Positions 8,931-18,847 of a stretch of DNA of 64,000 bases are shown piece by piece. The first letter of the stretch is position 1, and each line of letters starts with the position of its first letter. A program made the translations under genes and the position numbers. This stretch comes from an uncultured Gammaproteobacteria bacterium (GTDB lineage: Bacteria > Patescibacteriota > Microgenomatia > JAMCZE01), in contig CAZXMM010000001.1 in assembly GCA_964641255.1 (NCBI GenBank), forward strand, positions 809,890 through 873,889, given 5' to 3'. Below the pieces are notes generated by a model. It was not told where the DNA came from. It saw only the letters and a program-made list of their open reading frames with translations, and made no database searches.

Positions 8931-9837
8931 CCAGTGGTACCAGGCAGTAGTGCTAACTCTCCTAGCCCAGATCATCTGGGGAGTGGCGGCGCCACTGGTC
9001 AAATTTGAACTCCAAACTATTCCCCCGTTTAGTCTGCTATTTTTACGCTGCCTATTTACCGCCTTATTCTTATTCCCGATCTATGAATGGCGCTTACTCC
9101 CCAAGCAACCAGATATGACCAGAGCGGAAAAACTGACGATTTTTTGGGCAGGTTTTACCGGAGTGTTTCTCAATTTGGCGTTTTACTTTTTTGGCCAAAG
9201 GCTAACCACCGTCATTGACGCTTTCGTCATCATTTCCCTGGGCACCCCCCTACTATTGTTATATTCATTTATTTACCTAAAGGAGCGACTAGCCCGACCC
9301 GCCTATCTTGGTGTGGGGCTGGCTTTTGTTGGCTCTCTTATCATTATTGGCTCCCCGCTGTTTACTTTTGGTAACGGCAGTTTTTTTGGCAATCTTCTTG
9401 CTCTAGCCGCTACTATCTCGGCTTGCGTTTCCTATTTGCTAATAAAAAAATTGGTGGTCAAATTTGACCCGTTGCTTTTAACTTTTTATTTCTTTTTAAC
9501 GAGTCTTGTCGCCTCCACCCCTTTTCTTATCTGGGAGTTTCTTCAGAATCCTTATTGGTTAGCCCAAATTGCTTCTAGTCACTTAGTCGTTCTTGGCTAC
9601 CTAGTCTTTGGCTCTTCCATTGCCGCTTACTATCTCACCAGTGTGGGGCTAAGACACCTCCCCGCCTCTCTGGCCTCAACCCTGGGGTACACGAGTACCA
9701 TAGTGGCAGTGGCACTGGGAATAATAGTGCTTCACGAGAAACTAACTTGGTTTTTCGCCGCAGGAGCAATCTTTATTATCCTTGGTTTGTTTCTAGCGGA
9801 GACTCACCATCGTCGTAAGTTATCAACTAATACTTAG
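8914..9837 (+). CDS. EamA/DMT superfamily transporter
   Basis: About 10 TM helices with two EamA-like repeats. ATG at 8914 overlaps the hisS end by 17 nt; the start is uncertain. Confidence 0.65.
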   Translation: MHLKTNQWYQAVVLTLLAQIIWGVAAPLVKFELQTIPPFSLLFLRCLFTALFLFPIYEWRLLPKQPDMTRAEKLTIFWAGFTGVFLNLAFYFFGQRLTTVIDAFVIISLGTPLLLLYSFIYLKERLARPAYLGVGLAFVGSLIIIGSPLFTFGNGSFFGNLLALAATISACVSYLLIKKLVVKFDPLLLTFYFFLTSLVASTPFLIWEFLQNPYWLAQIASSHLVVLGYLVFGSSIAAYYLTSVGLRHLPASLASTLGYTSTIVAVALGIIVLHEKLTWFFAAGAIFIILGLFLAETHHRRKLSTNT

Positions 9838-9849
9838 ACTGAAAAATCT

Positions 9850-10095
9850 ATGGCCAATGACACTGGTAACGAAAGGAATAGTGACCTTTTTAAAAGACGG
9901 GTGCATCAAAAACTTATTGCTAATGCTATATCCCCAACTACTACCCGTGGCCTTAACAGTCTAATAAGGTTGGCTCTTGAAAATGGAATAAGTCCGAGCG
10001 AGGTACTAGATATTGTCGAGGCGGGCCGAAACATTAGGCATATTTTAGAGGACGGGGCCAAGGGCAACAGGAGTAATGACAAGGAAGGCCAATAG
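9850..10095 (+). CDS. Hypothetical small protein
   Basis: 81 aa, hydrophilic, no recognisable motif. Sits between the DMT transporter and rpmE. Confidence 0.3.
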   Translation: MANDTGNERNSDLFKRRVHQKLIANAISPTTTRGLNSLIRLALENGISPSEVLDIVEAGRNIRHILEDGAKGNRSNDKEGQ

Positions 10096-10107
10096 AGTTA
10101 TAATAGC

Positions 10108-10410
10108 TTGATGAAAGCAAGTATTCACCCCCAATACTATTCTGACGCGCAGGTTATTTGTGCCTGTGGTAATACTTTTACTACTGGCTCCACCAAACAA
10201 CAAATTAAGGTGGAAATCTGTAGTGCCTGTCACCCCTTTTATACCGGGGCCCAAAAGTTCGTCGATGTTAAAGGCAAGATCGAGAGATTCCAAACCGCCG
10301 TTAAAGTAGCGACTGCCAAACAAGCGGTCGTAGCTACTAAAAAAGCGAAAAAACAACGTGACGAGAACGCTCCTAAGTCACTGCGCGAAATGCTCCAAGC
10401 ATCTCGGTAG
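10108..10410 (+). CDS. rpmE: 50S ribosomal protein L31
   Basis: [31 protein letters not shown] is the L31 (type A) Zn-ribbon signature. Confidence 0.9.
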   Translation: MMKASIHPQYYSDAQVICACGNTFTTGSTKQQIKVEICSACHPFYTGAQKFVDVKGKIERFQTAVKVATAKQAVVATKKAKKQRDENAPKSLREMLQASR

Positions 10411-10450
10411 CTTCCTGTAAAAATACTATGATACTCTGGTATTAATTTGT

Positions 10451-11371
10451 ATGGATATTCCTGACTATCTTAAAGCAACGATTGAGGCACTGGACAAAAA
10501 AATCGCTGAGGCTTCCGAGCTGGCAGCGACTGATCCCTCCTTTGCTACTCTCGCCGAGGAAGAAATCAAAAAAATGGAGGAGGAAAAAGCTCTCCTCATT
10601 AATTCTCAGAGCGTGACTGAGGAAGAAGTTGCCCAGACAGGTGAGAATGACATCGATGCCAAGTTTAACCGGCGCAATACGATTGTAGAAATTCGCGGCG
10701 CGGCTGGTGGTGAAGAGGCCAAAATGTGGGGGGACGATCTACTGCGCATGTACTCTCGCTATGCCCAGACCCAGGGCTGGAAAGTCTACCCTGACGGCCA
10801 ATCAGCCATAAAAATTATTGGCAAAGGAGTGTATGGAAAATTAAAATATGAATCGGGAGTCCATAGAGTCCAGCGGGTCCCGGTGACAGAATCTTCGGGC
10901 AGAGTGCACACTTCAACAGCTACTGTAGCCGTCCTTCCCGAGCTTGAAGATGTTGACGTCGAAGTCAATCCCAGCGACTTAGACTGGGATTTCTTTCGAG
11001 CCGGCGGCCACGGTGGCCAAAATGTTAACAAAGTGTCGTCAGCCGTGAGGCTAACTCACAAACCCACTGGGATTGTGGTTACCTGTCAAGAGGAGCGTGA
11101 TCAACCCAAAAATCGGGACAAAGCCCTGGCTAAACTGCGTATCATTCTCTGGGAACAGGAACAGGAAAAGCAACTGGCGGAATTTGACGCGGACCGTAGG
11201 GCTAAAGTCGGAACCGGCATGCGAAATGAAAAAATCCGCACTTACAATTTTTTGCAAGACCGAGTGACTGATCACCGGCTAGAGGACAATTTTCATAATA
11301 TCCAAGTCATTATGGAAGGTAAAATCGACCCTATTATTGAAGCACTGCTAAGAAAATATCAGGAGCCTTGA
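10451..11371 (+). CDS. prfA: Peptide chain release factor 1
   Basis: PVT tripeptide ([14 protein letters not shown]) and GGQ motif ([10 protein letters not shown]) identify a class I release factor of RF1 type. Confidence 0.85.
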   Translation: MDIPDYLKATIEALDKKIAEASELAATDPSFATLAEEEIKKMEEEKALLINSQSVTEEEVAQTGENDIDAKFNRRNTIVEIRGAAGGEEAKMWGDDLLRMYSRYAQTQGWKVYPDGQSAIKIIGKGVYGKLKYESGVHRVQRVPVTESSGRVHTSTATVAVLPELEDVDVEVNPSDLDWDFFRAGGHGGQNVNKVSSAVRLTHKPTGIVVTCQEERDQPKNRDKALAKLRIILWEQEQEKQLAEFDADRRAKVGTGMRNEKIRTYNFLQDRVTDHRLEDNFHNIQVIMEGKIDPIIEALLRKYQEP

Positions 11372-12606
11372 TTTAAGACCTGCACTGCCCTATCTAGCTG
11401 GTTGTCAAAACTTTGGTTGTTATCGTCTTGTTCCACTTCCACATCGGGGGTGAGACCTTTACCCTGAATCCAAACTCCATTAGCTAGTAACCACTTAGCA
11501 GTCGTAACATGAAGGCCCGCCCCCCCAGGAAAGTCTTCAGCTTCTTGGACACTTCCCTTACCAAACGACTTCATACCAACTAGTTTTGCTCTTCCCCCAA
11601 CGCTGAGTGCCCCAGCCAAGATTTCGCTAGCTGAAGCCGAACCCTGGTTGATTAACACTACCAGAGGGACACTTAGTAGTCTCCCCACCCGGTTGACAGA
11701 ATAAGTCTGGGCATTACCACTAGAGCTTTCCTGTTTTACGACCACACCACTAGGCAGAAACTCTGAAGCTACATAGACGGAACCGGTTAAATAGCCACCC
11801 GGGTTGTTTCTCACGTCCAAAATAACTCCGGCAGTCCCCCCGGAAGCAGTCGCCAGATAATGATTAATCTCAGTTACCGCTTGATCCCACTGGGGAGTGG
11901 TCTGGTCACCAAATCTTGACAGCCGCAAGTGAATGCTTTTTTTGAGATTAGCAGAGGCCGTGGATTCCACAATTTTCCACTCGACACTTTTAAGAATGAT
12001 CGTATCGCGAATAATACTAACGTCACTGGGCTTATCCATGCCTACCCGGTAAATTGATAGCACAACTGTTGTACCCTTTTTCCCTCTGATTTTAGACACC
12101 GCGTCAGGCAAGGTCCAATTGGTTGTTTCTGCCCCATCGACTTTTAAAATAAAATCTCCCGGCTTAATTCCCGCTGCCTCAGCGGGCGACCCCGCCAGCG
12201 GTGCCACCACAATAATTTGCTTATCTTTAAAACCCAGCTCTGCTCCGATACCTTCAAAGTCCCCGTTTAAATCCTGCTTGGCTTCCACGTTTTTTTGCGG
12301 AGGCAAAAACATGGTGTAGGGATCATCAAGGGCGGCCACCATACCAGAAATGGCTCCGTAAACCATTTTCTGGCTATCAATCTTTGATTTGTCGACGTGT
12401 TTTTGCGACACCTCAGCCCACACCTGCCAGAACAGTCCAAAATCCACCGGGTTGTTACTGGGCAACTTATTGCTAACCGAGACGGTCGGCAGTTGGTTTT
12501 TCCAGGCGACTTCGACCTTAGTAGTCCCCAGTTTATAGCCGACTCCTCCAGAAATTAGGACAAGGCATAAAATAAGCGCTATTTTGCGAACTAGCAGCAA
12601 ATTCAT
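11359..12606 (-). CDS. ctpA: Carboxyl-terminal processing protease (S41 family) with PDZ domain
   Basis: N-terminal TM anchor, PDZ ([13 protein letters not shown]), S41 catalytic region ([20 protein letters not shown]). ATG at 12606. Confidence 0.85.
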   Translation of the reverse strand: MNLLLVRKIALILCLVLISGGVGYKLGTTKVEVAWKNQLPTVSVSNKLPSNNPVDFGLFWQVWAEVSQKHVDKSKIDSQKMVYGAISGMVAALDDPYTMFLPPQKNVEAKQDLNGDFEGIGAELGFKDKQIIVVAPLAGSPAEAAGIKPGDFILKVDGAETTNWTLPDAVSKIRGKKGTTVVLSIYRVGMDKPSDVSIIRDTIILKSVEWKIVESTASANLKKSIHLRLSRFGDQTTPQWDQAVTEINHYLATASGGTAGVILDVRNNPGGYLTGSVYVASEFLPSGVVVKQESSSGNAQTYSVNRVGRLLSVPLVVLINQGSASASEILAGALSVGGRAKLVGMKSFGKGSVQEAEDFPGGAGLHVTTAKWLLANGVWIQGKGLTPDVEVEQDDNNQSFDNQLDRAVQVLNQGS

Positions 12607-12617
12607 AGAATCACTTC

Positions 12618-12998
12618 TTAGGAAATCTTTAACGTTTTGTCTTCGGGGTTTAAATGACCAACTTTACCACTTAATTTTTCTAACTTGCGGATTAGGTCCG
12701 GTGCGACTTCATGAGCGTCTAGTTTACCAAATTTGTCCAGCAAAAGCAGCGAGAATTCACCCTGTTTTTCGACCGAGTCATAGTCCCTAAAGTGCAACTG
12801 AGAAGTTACTACGGCCGCTACTCCGATTAGGCCAGCCTTTTGTAACACCTCAATCGGCGCCCAGCCAGCGATGACAAGAATTTTCCCCGCCAAGGAAAAA
12901 TCGAGATCTGCGGGTACAACTACCCGCTCATGAGGCAAAACCACAATCTCGCCACTAACGCTCGGGCCGCAACCAATCACCCCTTTAAGTGTTGTCAT
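12618..12998 (-). CDS. Hypothetical protein (possible swivel/mobile-domain-like fold)
   Basis: 126 aa. GKILVIAGWAPIEVLQKAGLIGVAAVV vaguely recalls PEP-utiliser/AcnX swivel domains. Apparently co-transcribed downstream of rpsF-ssb-rpsR. Confidence 0.3.
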   Translation of the reverse strand: MTTLKGVIGCGPSVSGEIVVLPHERVVVPADLDFSLAGKILVIAGWAPIEVLQKAGLIGVAAVVTSQLHFRDYDSVEKQGEFSLLLLDKFGKLDAHEVAPDLIRKLEKLSGKVGHLNPEDKTLKIS

Positions 12999-13599
12999 CT
13001 TTAGTCCCTTCCTCTTTGGCCTCTTTCAGAGAGGCCATAATCTCCCGCTGTTTACTCGGCGGCAACAAAGTTAAGGGCCGTCCCCGACCATCAACCACCA
13101 GTTTTTTGGGCCCCCGACCGCTCCAAGATTGTTCACCCTTACCACCGATCTTGGCTCCACCTTTTGTTCTAACTTTTATCTTGGCGGTTTGATCAGAAGG
13201 CAAATCTACTGACCAGACATTTCCACCCAGGACTGTAATTTTCTCTAATCCTTTCCAGTCAAGCACTAACTCTATTTCTAAAAGCGGTTTGGACAGTTCC
13301 ACTTTACCAGCAGGGGCGAACACGACAAAATTCTCATATTCCACTAAGCCCACCGGTTCATAACCGTGAAGAAAAACAGGGAGCGCTAAACCCCGTGGAA
13401 AATCCTCGGGTCCCACTTTGCTAGCTGCCTGCTTAGCACTCCTAATTTCTTCGATCCGAAAAGCCAAATCCAGTTCGGCTGTCAGCTCGGTGTTATCCTC
13501 AACTATGCCCAGTAGCTCGCGATTAGCTAAATAGTCCTCAACACTGAGTGGATCAACAGGAAGTGACAACCAACGAATAAGGTTAGGGGCGTATTTCAT
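12985..13599 (-). CDS. Hypothetical protein with a basic Gly/Arg-rich C-terminus
   Basis: 204 aa, ATG at 13599. C-terminal KIKVRTKGGAKIGGKGEQSWSGRGPKKLVVDGRGRPL. Not recognisable as L9, although it sits in the position rplI often occupies. Confidence 0.3.
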   Translation of the reverse strand: MKYAPNLIRWLSLPVDPLSVEDYLANRELLGIVEDNTELTAELDLAFRIEEIRSAKQAASKVGPEDFPRGLALPVFLHGYEPVGLVEYENFVVFAPAGKVELSKPLLEIELVLDWKGLEKITVLGGNVWSVDLPSDQTAKIKVRTKGGAKIGGKGEQSWSGRGPKKLVVDGRGRPLTLLPPSKQREIMASLKEAKEEGTKDDNT

Positions 13600-13630
13600 T
13601 TAAAGTGAAACTAATTATCCTTTTAAGATA

Positions 13631-13864
13631 CTAAATTCCACTCACAAAAGGAAGGGTGGCTAAGTGGCGAGCGCGCTTGACCTGCTGATCAATCTGCCGC
13701 TGATGTTTAGCACAGACACCGGTCCGAGCTCGGCCCAGGATCTTACCTTTCTCAGTCACGTAAGTTCGCAACTGGTCAGTGTTTTTGTAGTCAGGCACAC
13801 TGTCAGTGTGGCAAAAAACACAATTTTTCTTGACTGGCTTTAGTTTAAAGGGTTTGCGATACAT
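13631..13864 (-). CDS. rpsR: 30S ribosomal protein S18
   Basis: CVFCHTD..DYKN..L..YVTEKGKILGRARTGVCAKHQRQ...RARHLATLP is the S18 signature. Confidence 0.9.
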   Translation of the reverse strand: MYRKPFKLKPVKKNCVFCHTDSVPDYKNTDQLRTYVTEKGKILGRARTGVCAKHQRQIDQQVKRARHLATLPFVSGI

Positions 13865-13884
13865 TTTTTACGTTGGCCAAATAA

Positions 13885-14439
13885 TTAAAAAGGGATGTCT
13901 TCAATACTAACATCGGTGATGGGCGCAACTGGTGCCGAAGGAGCTACTGCCTCCTCGCCGGCTTCTTCTTTTGCTACTTTCTTTTTCTTACTTACCTTAG
14001 TGGCCCCCTCATCTGGCTGGCTAACCTCTTCTCCAGTGCTTGGAGTGGGGGCAACTGGGGTACTTGACGGACTGGGTGTAAATGTTCCCGCGGTTCCGGC
14101 CATTTTTGAGTCAAGAAGTAACATATCGTCAATGACAATTTCGGTGATAGTGTGCTGGGCATTATCAGATCCGGTAAACGTTCTAGTTTGCAGCCTACCC
14201 TCAACATAAATTTTGCGACCCTTGGTACAGAGCTGGCTGCAAAGCTCGGCGAGCTTATTCCAAGCTACCAGACGATGAAACTCGGCTTCTTCACGAATTT
14301 CTCCGGTCTCCGTCTTCCAGCTGCGATTAGTGGCCAGCCCCATCGTACAGACCGCGTTTCCTTGGGGAGTGTAACGCAGCTCAGGATCCCGAGTAACGTT
14401 CCCAATTAGCATGACTTTGTTAAGACTTTTGCTTGCCAT
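13885..14439 (-). CDS. ssb: Single-stranded DNA-binding protein
   Basis: OB-fold N-terminus (VMLIGNVTRDPELRYTPQGNAVC..), Gly/Pro/Ser-rich linker and an acidic C-terminal tail ending DIPF. Confidence 0.9.
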   Translation of the reverse strand: MASKSLNKVMLIGNVTRDPELRYTPQGNAVCTMGLATNRSWKTETGEIREEAEFHRLVAWNKLAELCSQLCTKGRKIYVEGRLQTRTFTGSDNAQHTITEIVIDDMLLLDSKMAGTAGTFTPSPSSTPVAPTPSTGEEVSQPDEGATKVSKKKKVAKEEAGEEAVAPSAPVAPITDVSIEDIPF

Positions 14440-14450
14440 AACTTAGTGTT

Positions 14451-14735
14451 TTAATCGCTATTTACCAGTAGGTATCTAATGATTTGGTCTTCTAACTTAA
14501 GACTGGTATCGATCGGGGCGACCATCGCTGGTTCCATTTCCAAAGTAAAAAAAGCGTAATAGCCCTCGGCGACTTTTTTGATTTCGTAAGCTAAGGGTTT
14601 TTTAATTGGGTCCACTTTAGATTTAACTTTAGCTCCAGCTTTAGTCACTAGCGCCGCAACAGCGGCTAGGTGTTTATCCAACTCCTTAGCTTCTAGGTTG
14701 GGCTTAAAAATTACTGTTAGTTCGTAAGTACGCAT
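14451..14735 (-). CDS. rpsF: 30S ribosomal protein S6
   Basis: MRTYELTVIFKPNLEAKELDKH... typical of S6. ATG at 14735..14733 verified; the longer track form is an extension. Confidence 0.9.
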   Translation of the reverse strand: MRTYELTVIFKPNLEAKELDKHLAAVAALVTKAGAKVKSKVDPIKKPLAYEIKKVAEGYYAFFTLEMEPAMVAPIDTSLKLEDQIIRYLLVNSD

Positions 14736-14766
14736 ATATGGGCTCTTAGCAACTTGGGTAATTCTA

Positions 14767-15816
14767 TCAGGCATTGACCCTAAACTCAACAATGTCCCCA
14801 CTAGCCATCACATAGTCCCGCCCTTCAAAACGCACTTTTCCTAGTTCTCCATTCTTCTTCCAACCGCCATTATTGACAAAGTCGGCAAAATCAATAACCT
14901 CGGCTTTGATAAAAGCCTTCTCAAAATCGGTATGAATCACTCCGGCCGCTTCTGGAGCTTTAGCTCCCCGCCTTAGTGTCCAGGCCCGGACTTCTTTACT
15001 GCCCGAAGTGAAAAAAGGGATTAAATCTAATTTCTCGTAGGCGATTCTCACTAAATCATCTACCCCCGATCCTTTAATCCCTAAACTAGCTAAATATTCC
15101 TGTTGTTCATCGGGACTAAGGGCCGCCAGATCAGCTTCGAGTTTGGCGTCAATTACTACCTCAGCCAAGTTTTTTATTCCCTCCCAGTTAGTGGTAGTGT
15201 TAACATTGGCTACCGTTATAATGGTTTTGAAAGTTAAGAGCTGGAGCTCCTTTGCCGCCTCTAGTTCTTCGGCAGCTAACGGGACCTCGCGAGCTAACTG
15301 GCCACTATTAAGAGCTAACAAAAGTTTTTTAACGGCATTGGTCTTTGCTCCAGGAGCCTTCTTAACTTCAGTTTTTTCTAGGGTTTGGAGATCAGCCAGG
15401 ATAAGCTCGGTAATTACGGTTTCGGCATCAGATTTAGGGTCCACACTCCCCTCCCGAATAATGTCTTCATCGGGAAAAGCCCGCACCACTAAACAGATCA
15501 CATCCACTTCGCGAATGTGGGAGAGAAATTTATTCCCTAGCCCTGCCCCGGAAGCCGCCCCCCGAACTAGCCCGGCAATGTCCATAAATTGAACAGTAGC
15601 TGGAACAATGGGTGGATCAAAGTCCATTTTCTCTTCCAGTCTGGTTATCTCGGCAATTTTAGCCAGCCGGGCATCGGGAACTGGGACAATCCCCACGTTG
15701 GGCTCAATAGTGGCAAAGGGATAATTAGCCACCATTGCCTGCTGCCTTCTCAGAAGTGCATTAAAGAGAGTGGACTTCCCCACGTTGGGCAAACCAACAA
15801 TGCCACAGGCTAACAT
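14767..15816 (-). CDS. ychF: Ribosome-binding ATPase YchF (Obg-family GTPase)
   Basis: GIVGLPNVGKSTLFNAL, NYPFATIEPN and a C-terminal TGS domain (RAWTLRRGAKAPEAAGVIHTDFEKAFIKAEV). Confidence 0.9.
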   Translation of the reverse strand: MLACGIVGLPNVGKSTLFNALLRRQQAMVANYPFATIEPNVGIVPVPDARLAKIAEITRLEEKMDFDPPIVPATVQFMDIAGLVRGAASGAGLGNKFLSHIREVDVICLVVRAFPDEDIIREGSVDPKSDAETVITELILADLQTLEKTEVKKAPGAKTNAVKKLLLALNSGQLAREVPLAAEELEAAKELQLLTFKTIITVANVNTTTNWEGIKNLAEVVIDAKLEADLAALSPDEQQEYLASLGIKGSGVDDLVRIAYEKLDLIPFFTSGSKEVRAWTLRRGAKAPEAAGVIHTDFEKAFIKAEVIDFADFVNNGGWKKNGELGKVRFEGRDYVMASGDIVEFRVNA

Positions 15817-15972
15817 TTTCTTGACATAATGTATCTAATATCGCCAATTATACTTTACCCGAGTGTTCCATATGCAAAAAGAAAACGAGGTTCGACTTCA
15901 ACCACCCCTGCTGAATAAATTTAGCTTCGGATTTACCTCCAAAATTGGTATGGATGGCAGGAAAATCGAACC

Positions 15973-16962
15973 TTAATAGTAGATTGTGTAGGTTCGGTGG
16001 TAGGGTTTGGTATCTCTTTGATCTTGGCTAATAAGCCAGAGGGCATTGTCAATTTCAGCGGAAGAATATTTCTCCAGTTTTTGTTTAATTAATTCCACTG
16101 ACCAAACAGTGGCTGCTCTAATTTCAATCTCTTCGGCACTCCCCGATGGAATCAAATCGTAATTGTCGATCTTCGCCTCTAGCTCTGGGGTATAAGAAAT
16201 TACTCCATACATCCTTAGCATTTGTGGGATCTTATAATCGGCAAAGGCAGTCAATTGATCCAAGTTCGATAAACTTTTTGAATTTTTTCTTTTACTAAGG
16301 TATGAGAGATCGTTGGCGGCAATTTGTGCTCGTTTTAAGAAGTAAACAACTTTGTCATCATATTGGGCCACATCCTGAAACGATGAGAAGTCAGTCTGAA
16401 TTAGGTTAACTAGCTTAACGGCATCATACTGGGCCTTTTCCAAAGCGTTGATAAACTTACCTGCATACTTTTCTTTCATAACACTACCCGCTTCCTGTAA
16501 GTTCTCTCGCCTCTTATTAAGGAGGGGTATTTCTGTCCCATTACTACTTCTAAAAAAATCCGCTACCTGTTTGTTGGTTATACCACTCAAATAGTTAGCA
16601 TCTAAGATTGGTACTTTCTCTTCTACCGCTCTTTTGAAGCAGGCTATCATGGCATAACCACCACCCTTAATGGTGTTGCCCACTGGCCAATCTATCTGCC
16701 ACTTAGGTTGATCTTTTTCTGCCCAGAAGCAAAAGTTGACTACGTCTTGAAGAAATATTAGTTGAACATTGTCTTCATAACTTAGAGTTGCCCCAAATCC
16801 TTCTTCGGCTGTTTCTAGACCCTTTTCCATCTGTTGGGCCACCTTTTCTGACACAGCCTCCAATTCCAATTCGTTTATTATGACATGCTTTAGGTTTTCT
16901 ACTACAAATTTCGTAGAAGTAAGCACTTTTAAATTGTCTGTTTTGGGTAATTTAAAGGTCAT
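15973..16962 (-). CDS. DUF2419-like protein (possible queuosine salvage Qng1/QueK-family hydrolase)
   Basis: 329 aa. From memory it resembles the queuosine-5'-phosphate N-glycosylase family (FCFW motif, C-terminal ..YHRTYTIYY). Not verifiable here. Confidence 0.4.
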   Translation of the reverse strand: MTFKLPKTDNLKVLTSTKFVVENLKHVIINELELEAVSEKVAQQMEKGLETAEEGFGATLSYEDNVQLIFLQDVVNFCFWAEKDQPKWQIDWPVGNTIKGGGYAMIACFKRAVEEKVPILDANYLSGITNKQVADFFRSSNGTEIPLLNKRRENLQEAGSVMKEKYAGKFINALEKAQYDAVKLVNLIQTDFSSFQDVAQYDDKVVYFLKRAQIAANDLSYLSKRKNSKSLSNLDQLTAFADYKIPQMLRMYGVISYTPELEAKIDNYDLIPSGSAEEIEIRAATVWSVELIKQKLEKYSSAEIDNALWLISQDQRDTKPYHRTYTIYY

Positions 16963-17008
16963 ATTAATGACATTCTACCAGGATGGCTATGACAATTGAA
17001 GGTAAAAA

Positions 17009-17040
17009 GTTCTAATGTCCTCTGCCCAGGGCTGCAAAAC
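17009..17040 (-). repeat. Copy 1 of a ~30-bp conserved upstream motif (gene-sense: GCAGCCCTGGGCAGAGGACATTAGAAC)
   Basis: Seen directly. Lies 46 nt upstream of the ATG of 15973..16962. Confidence 0.6.
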
Positions 17041-17052
17041 AGATTCAAGCTA

Positions 17053-17616
17053 TTAAATTTTGGAGACTATTTTTATAAGAATAGCGAGATTCCACAATGC
17101 CAATGCACCAAGAGCCAAATACTCAGCTAGCCACATCCTCATTTTTTTAAGAGCAATTACCAACAGAACTAAAATTGTTGCCAAGGCCACTAAGCCTGAG
17201 ATTAAAGCCAAAAACAAATCCACTTTATAAAGGGTTACTCCTAACCCAACCAAAGAAGATGCTGTGCATAAAGCACTCAGACTGCCGAGAGTTATATGCT
17301 TAAGGGTGGTAGATAAGAAGAAGAAAGCCGCTATGCCAAATAGAAGAGAGCCGAATCCCAAAATATACAAAATGGTTGGTATTTCAACAACGTAAGGGAG
17401 GGCAAGAAGCATATAAGTAACCTGTGAAATCAGATAAAGGCTCATCCATATCAGGAAGCCTGCTTTTGTAGTATCAAAATCTCTTAATGTTGAAATCGCA
17501 TCCTGTTTAAAGTTAAATTCCTTTGTTCTAATTATTCTAAAAAGAATTGGGCCAAATAAAATTACTGTGGGACAAAAAGCTAGAGAGGCTAAAAGAAAGA
17601 TTAGTAGCGAATCCAT
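17053..17616 (-). CDS. Hypothetical polytopic membrane protein
   Basis: 187 aa, 5–6 predicted TM helices, ATG at 17616. Confidence 0.4.
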   Translation of the reverse strand: MDSLLIFLLASLAFCPTVILFGPILFRIIRTKEFNFKQDAISTLRDFDTTKAGFLIWMSLYLISQVTYMLLALPYVVEIPTILYILGFGSLLFGIAAFFFLSTTLKHITLGSLSALCTASSLVGLGVTLYKVDLFLALISGLVALATILVLLVIALKKMRMWLAEYLALGALALWNLAILIKIVSKI

Positions 17617-17708
17617 TGTTTTATATTCTCACAAAACGGATTCCTCACATAGTAGGATGTAAGCCAAGATAGAGCGTCGAGAACTTTAACATCTTGAGCA
17701 TAATAAGT

Positions 17709-17739
17709 TCTAATCCTTCTGCCCAGGACTGCTGCGTAT
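17709..17739 (-). repeat. Copy 2 of the conserved upstream motif (gene-sense: GCAGCAGTCCTGGGCAGAAGGATTAGAAC)
   Basis: Seen directly. Lies 92 nt upstream of the ATG of 17053..17616. Confidence 0.6.
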
Positions 17740-17756
17740 TGTCAGGATAGTTTAAG

Positions 17757-18290
17757 CTAAGGCGCCGGGGAAGAGACTAAGCCAATATTCTTTGGCCCCG
17801 CGAAATCAAAGATCACTCGTTCACAGCTAATACTACTTTCTCTGTAATAGTCCTTGATTTTCGCTAAGAGTGCATCTCTCCCTAATCTCTCCTCATCTGA
17901 CCAAAAGTTGCAGCAAGGGATTAAAACAACGGGCCTTACTAAAGCTGAATACACGGTTTCCTTTAGGGCTTCGTCTGGGTGAATGCCAATAATTAAATCG
18001 TAGTAGCTGGCCATATCAGCCCTATATTCCTCCTTACGATTTTTGACACCAACTAGAGTCCAGCCACGAGGATCAATAACCTCAGTATCAAAGTTGTACT
18101 TCTTGTTTAGTATTCGAGCTAGCATCCCTTGGCCCCCGGCCACGTCCGCAATAAATTTAATCTTACCCAGATATCTCTTGGCCACAAAGTCGGCTACTGC
18201 TTCGAACCTCTTGGGATCGCCGTGGAATTTGTGTCCCCTAATTCGACCAGACTTTGTACTCATTAAGGGGAAATATTCGCTTTTATCCAA
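17757..18290 (-). CDS. Class I SAM-dependent methyltransferase-like protein (TTG start per track)
   Basis: DVAGGQG glycine-rich motif I. 177 aa. Overlaps the upstream kinase gene by 28 nt. Confidence 0.45.
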   Translation of the reverse strand: MDKSEYFPLMSTKSGRIRGHKFHGDPKRFEAVADFVAKRYLGKIKFIADVAGGQGMLARILNKKYNFDTEVIDPRGWTLVGVKNRKEEYRADMASYYDLIIGIHPDEALKETVYSALVRPVVLIPCCNFWSDEERLGRDALLAKIKDYYRESSISCERVIFDFAGPKNIGLVSSPAP

Positions 18291-18772
18291 TCTTCCAAAT
18301 TCATTGTTGAGTTGTAAAGAATTGGATTCTCGTCAGGAGTCGGTTCCTCAAACATTCCTTGCGCTTTACTCATTGTGGCTTCGGTTAGTTGATCGCGCTC
18401 CTTAGTAGTCAGATTCTTCTGCCACCGTTTCCTTGCCTGGTCTTTAGTTAGATTAAGATAAATTAACTTGTGCTCTACACCCAGACTCTTCGCAATGTCT
18501 CTTGCTGTCTGGCGTTCACTTCTGACTAAATTGCCACAATCAAGAATAACGGACTCACCCGTTGCCAAGTATTCCTTTAGTTTTCGATAGCCTTCGGAGT
18601 AAACGAAATTCCAATCCTTTTGGGTCATTTTATCGACGTCAAAATGTTGTTCCTCGATGGCATCATCCATACTTGCTACCTTAAACCCAAAACGTTTCAC
18701 CAATTCCTTGGTGAGAGTTGTCTTACCAGAATAGGGTAAGCCTGTAAGGGTGTAAAGGGTTGGTTTGCTCAT
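18263..18772 (-). CDS. P-loop kinase (AAA_33/zeta-toxin-like NTP-binding protein)
   Basis: Walker A GLPYSGKTT near the N-terminus, Walker B-like VILDCGN. 169 aa. ATG at 18772. Confidence 0.55.
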   Translation of the reverse strand: MSKPTLYTLTGLPYSGKTTLTKELVKRFGFKVASMDDAIEEQHFDVDKMTQKDWNFVYSEGYRKLKEYLATGESVILDCGNLVRSERQTARDIAKSLGVEHKLIYLNLTKDQARKRWQKNLTTKERDQLTEATMSKAQGMFEEPTPDENPILYNSTMNLEDWIKANISP

Positions 18773-18814
18773 ACTGCTGAAGTAATTTTAGCAAATTAGG
18801 GCTTGAGTGAGGTA

Positions 18815-18847
18815 GTTAGAACACTCTCTACCCCCAGGACTGCAAAA
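18815..18847 (-). repeat. Copy 3 of the conserved upstream motif (gene-sense: GCAGTCCTGGGGGTAGAGAGTGTTCTAAC)
   Basis: Seen directly. Lies 42 nt upstream of the ATG of 18263..18772. Confidence 0.55.

Noticed and set aside
15817-16030. tRNA-like GGTTCGA motifs at ~15886 and ~15960-16010
   Set aside because: I could not fold either into a cloverleaf: no matching acceptor or T-stems. The second lies inside the 3' end of the DUF2419-like gene. A 34-codon plus-strand ORF (ATG ~15873) also exists there but has no support.
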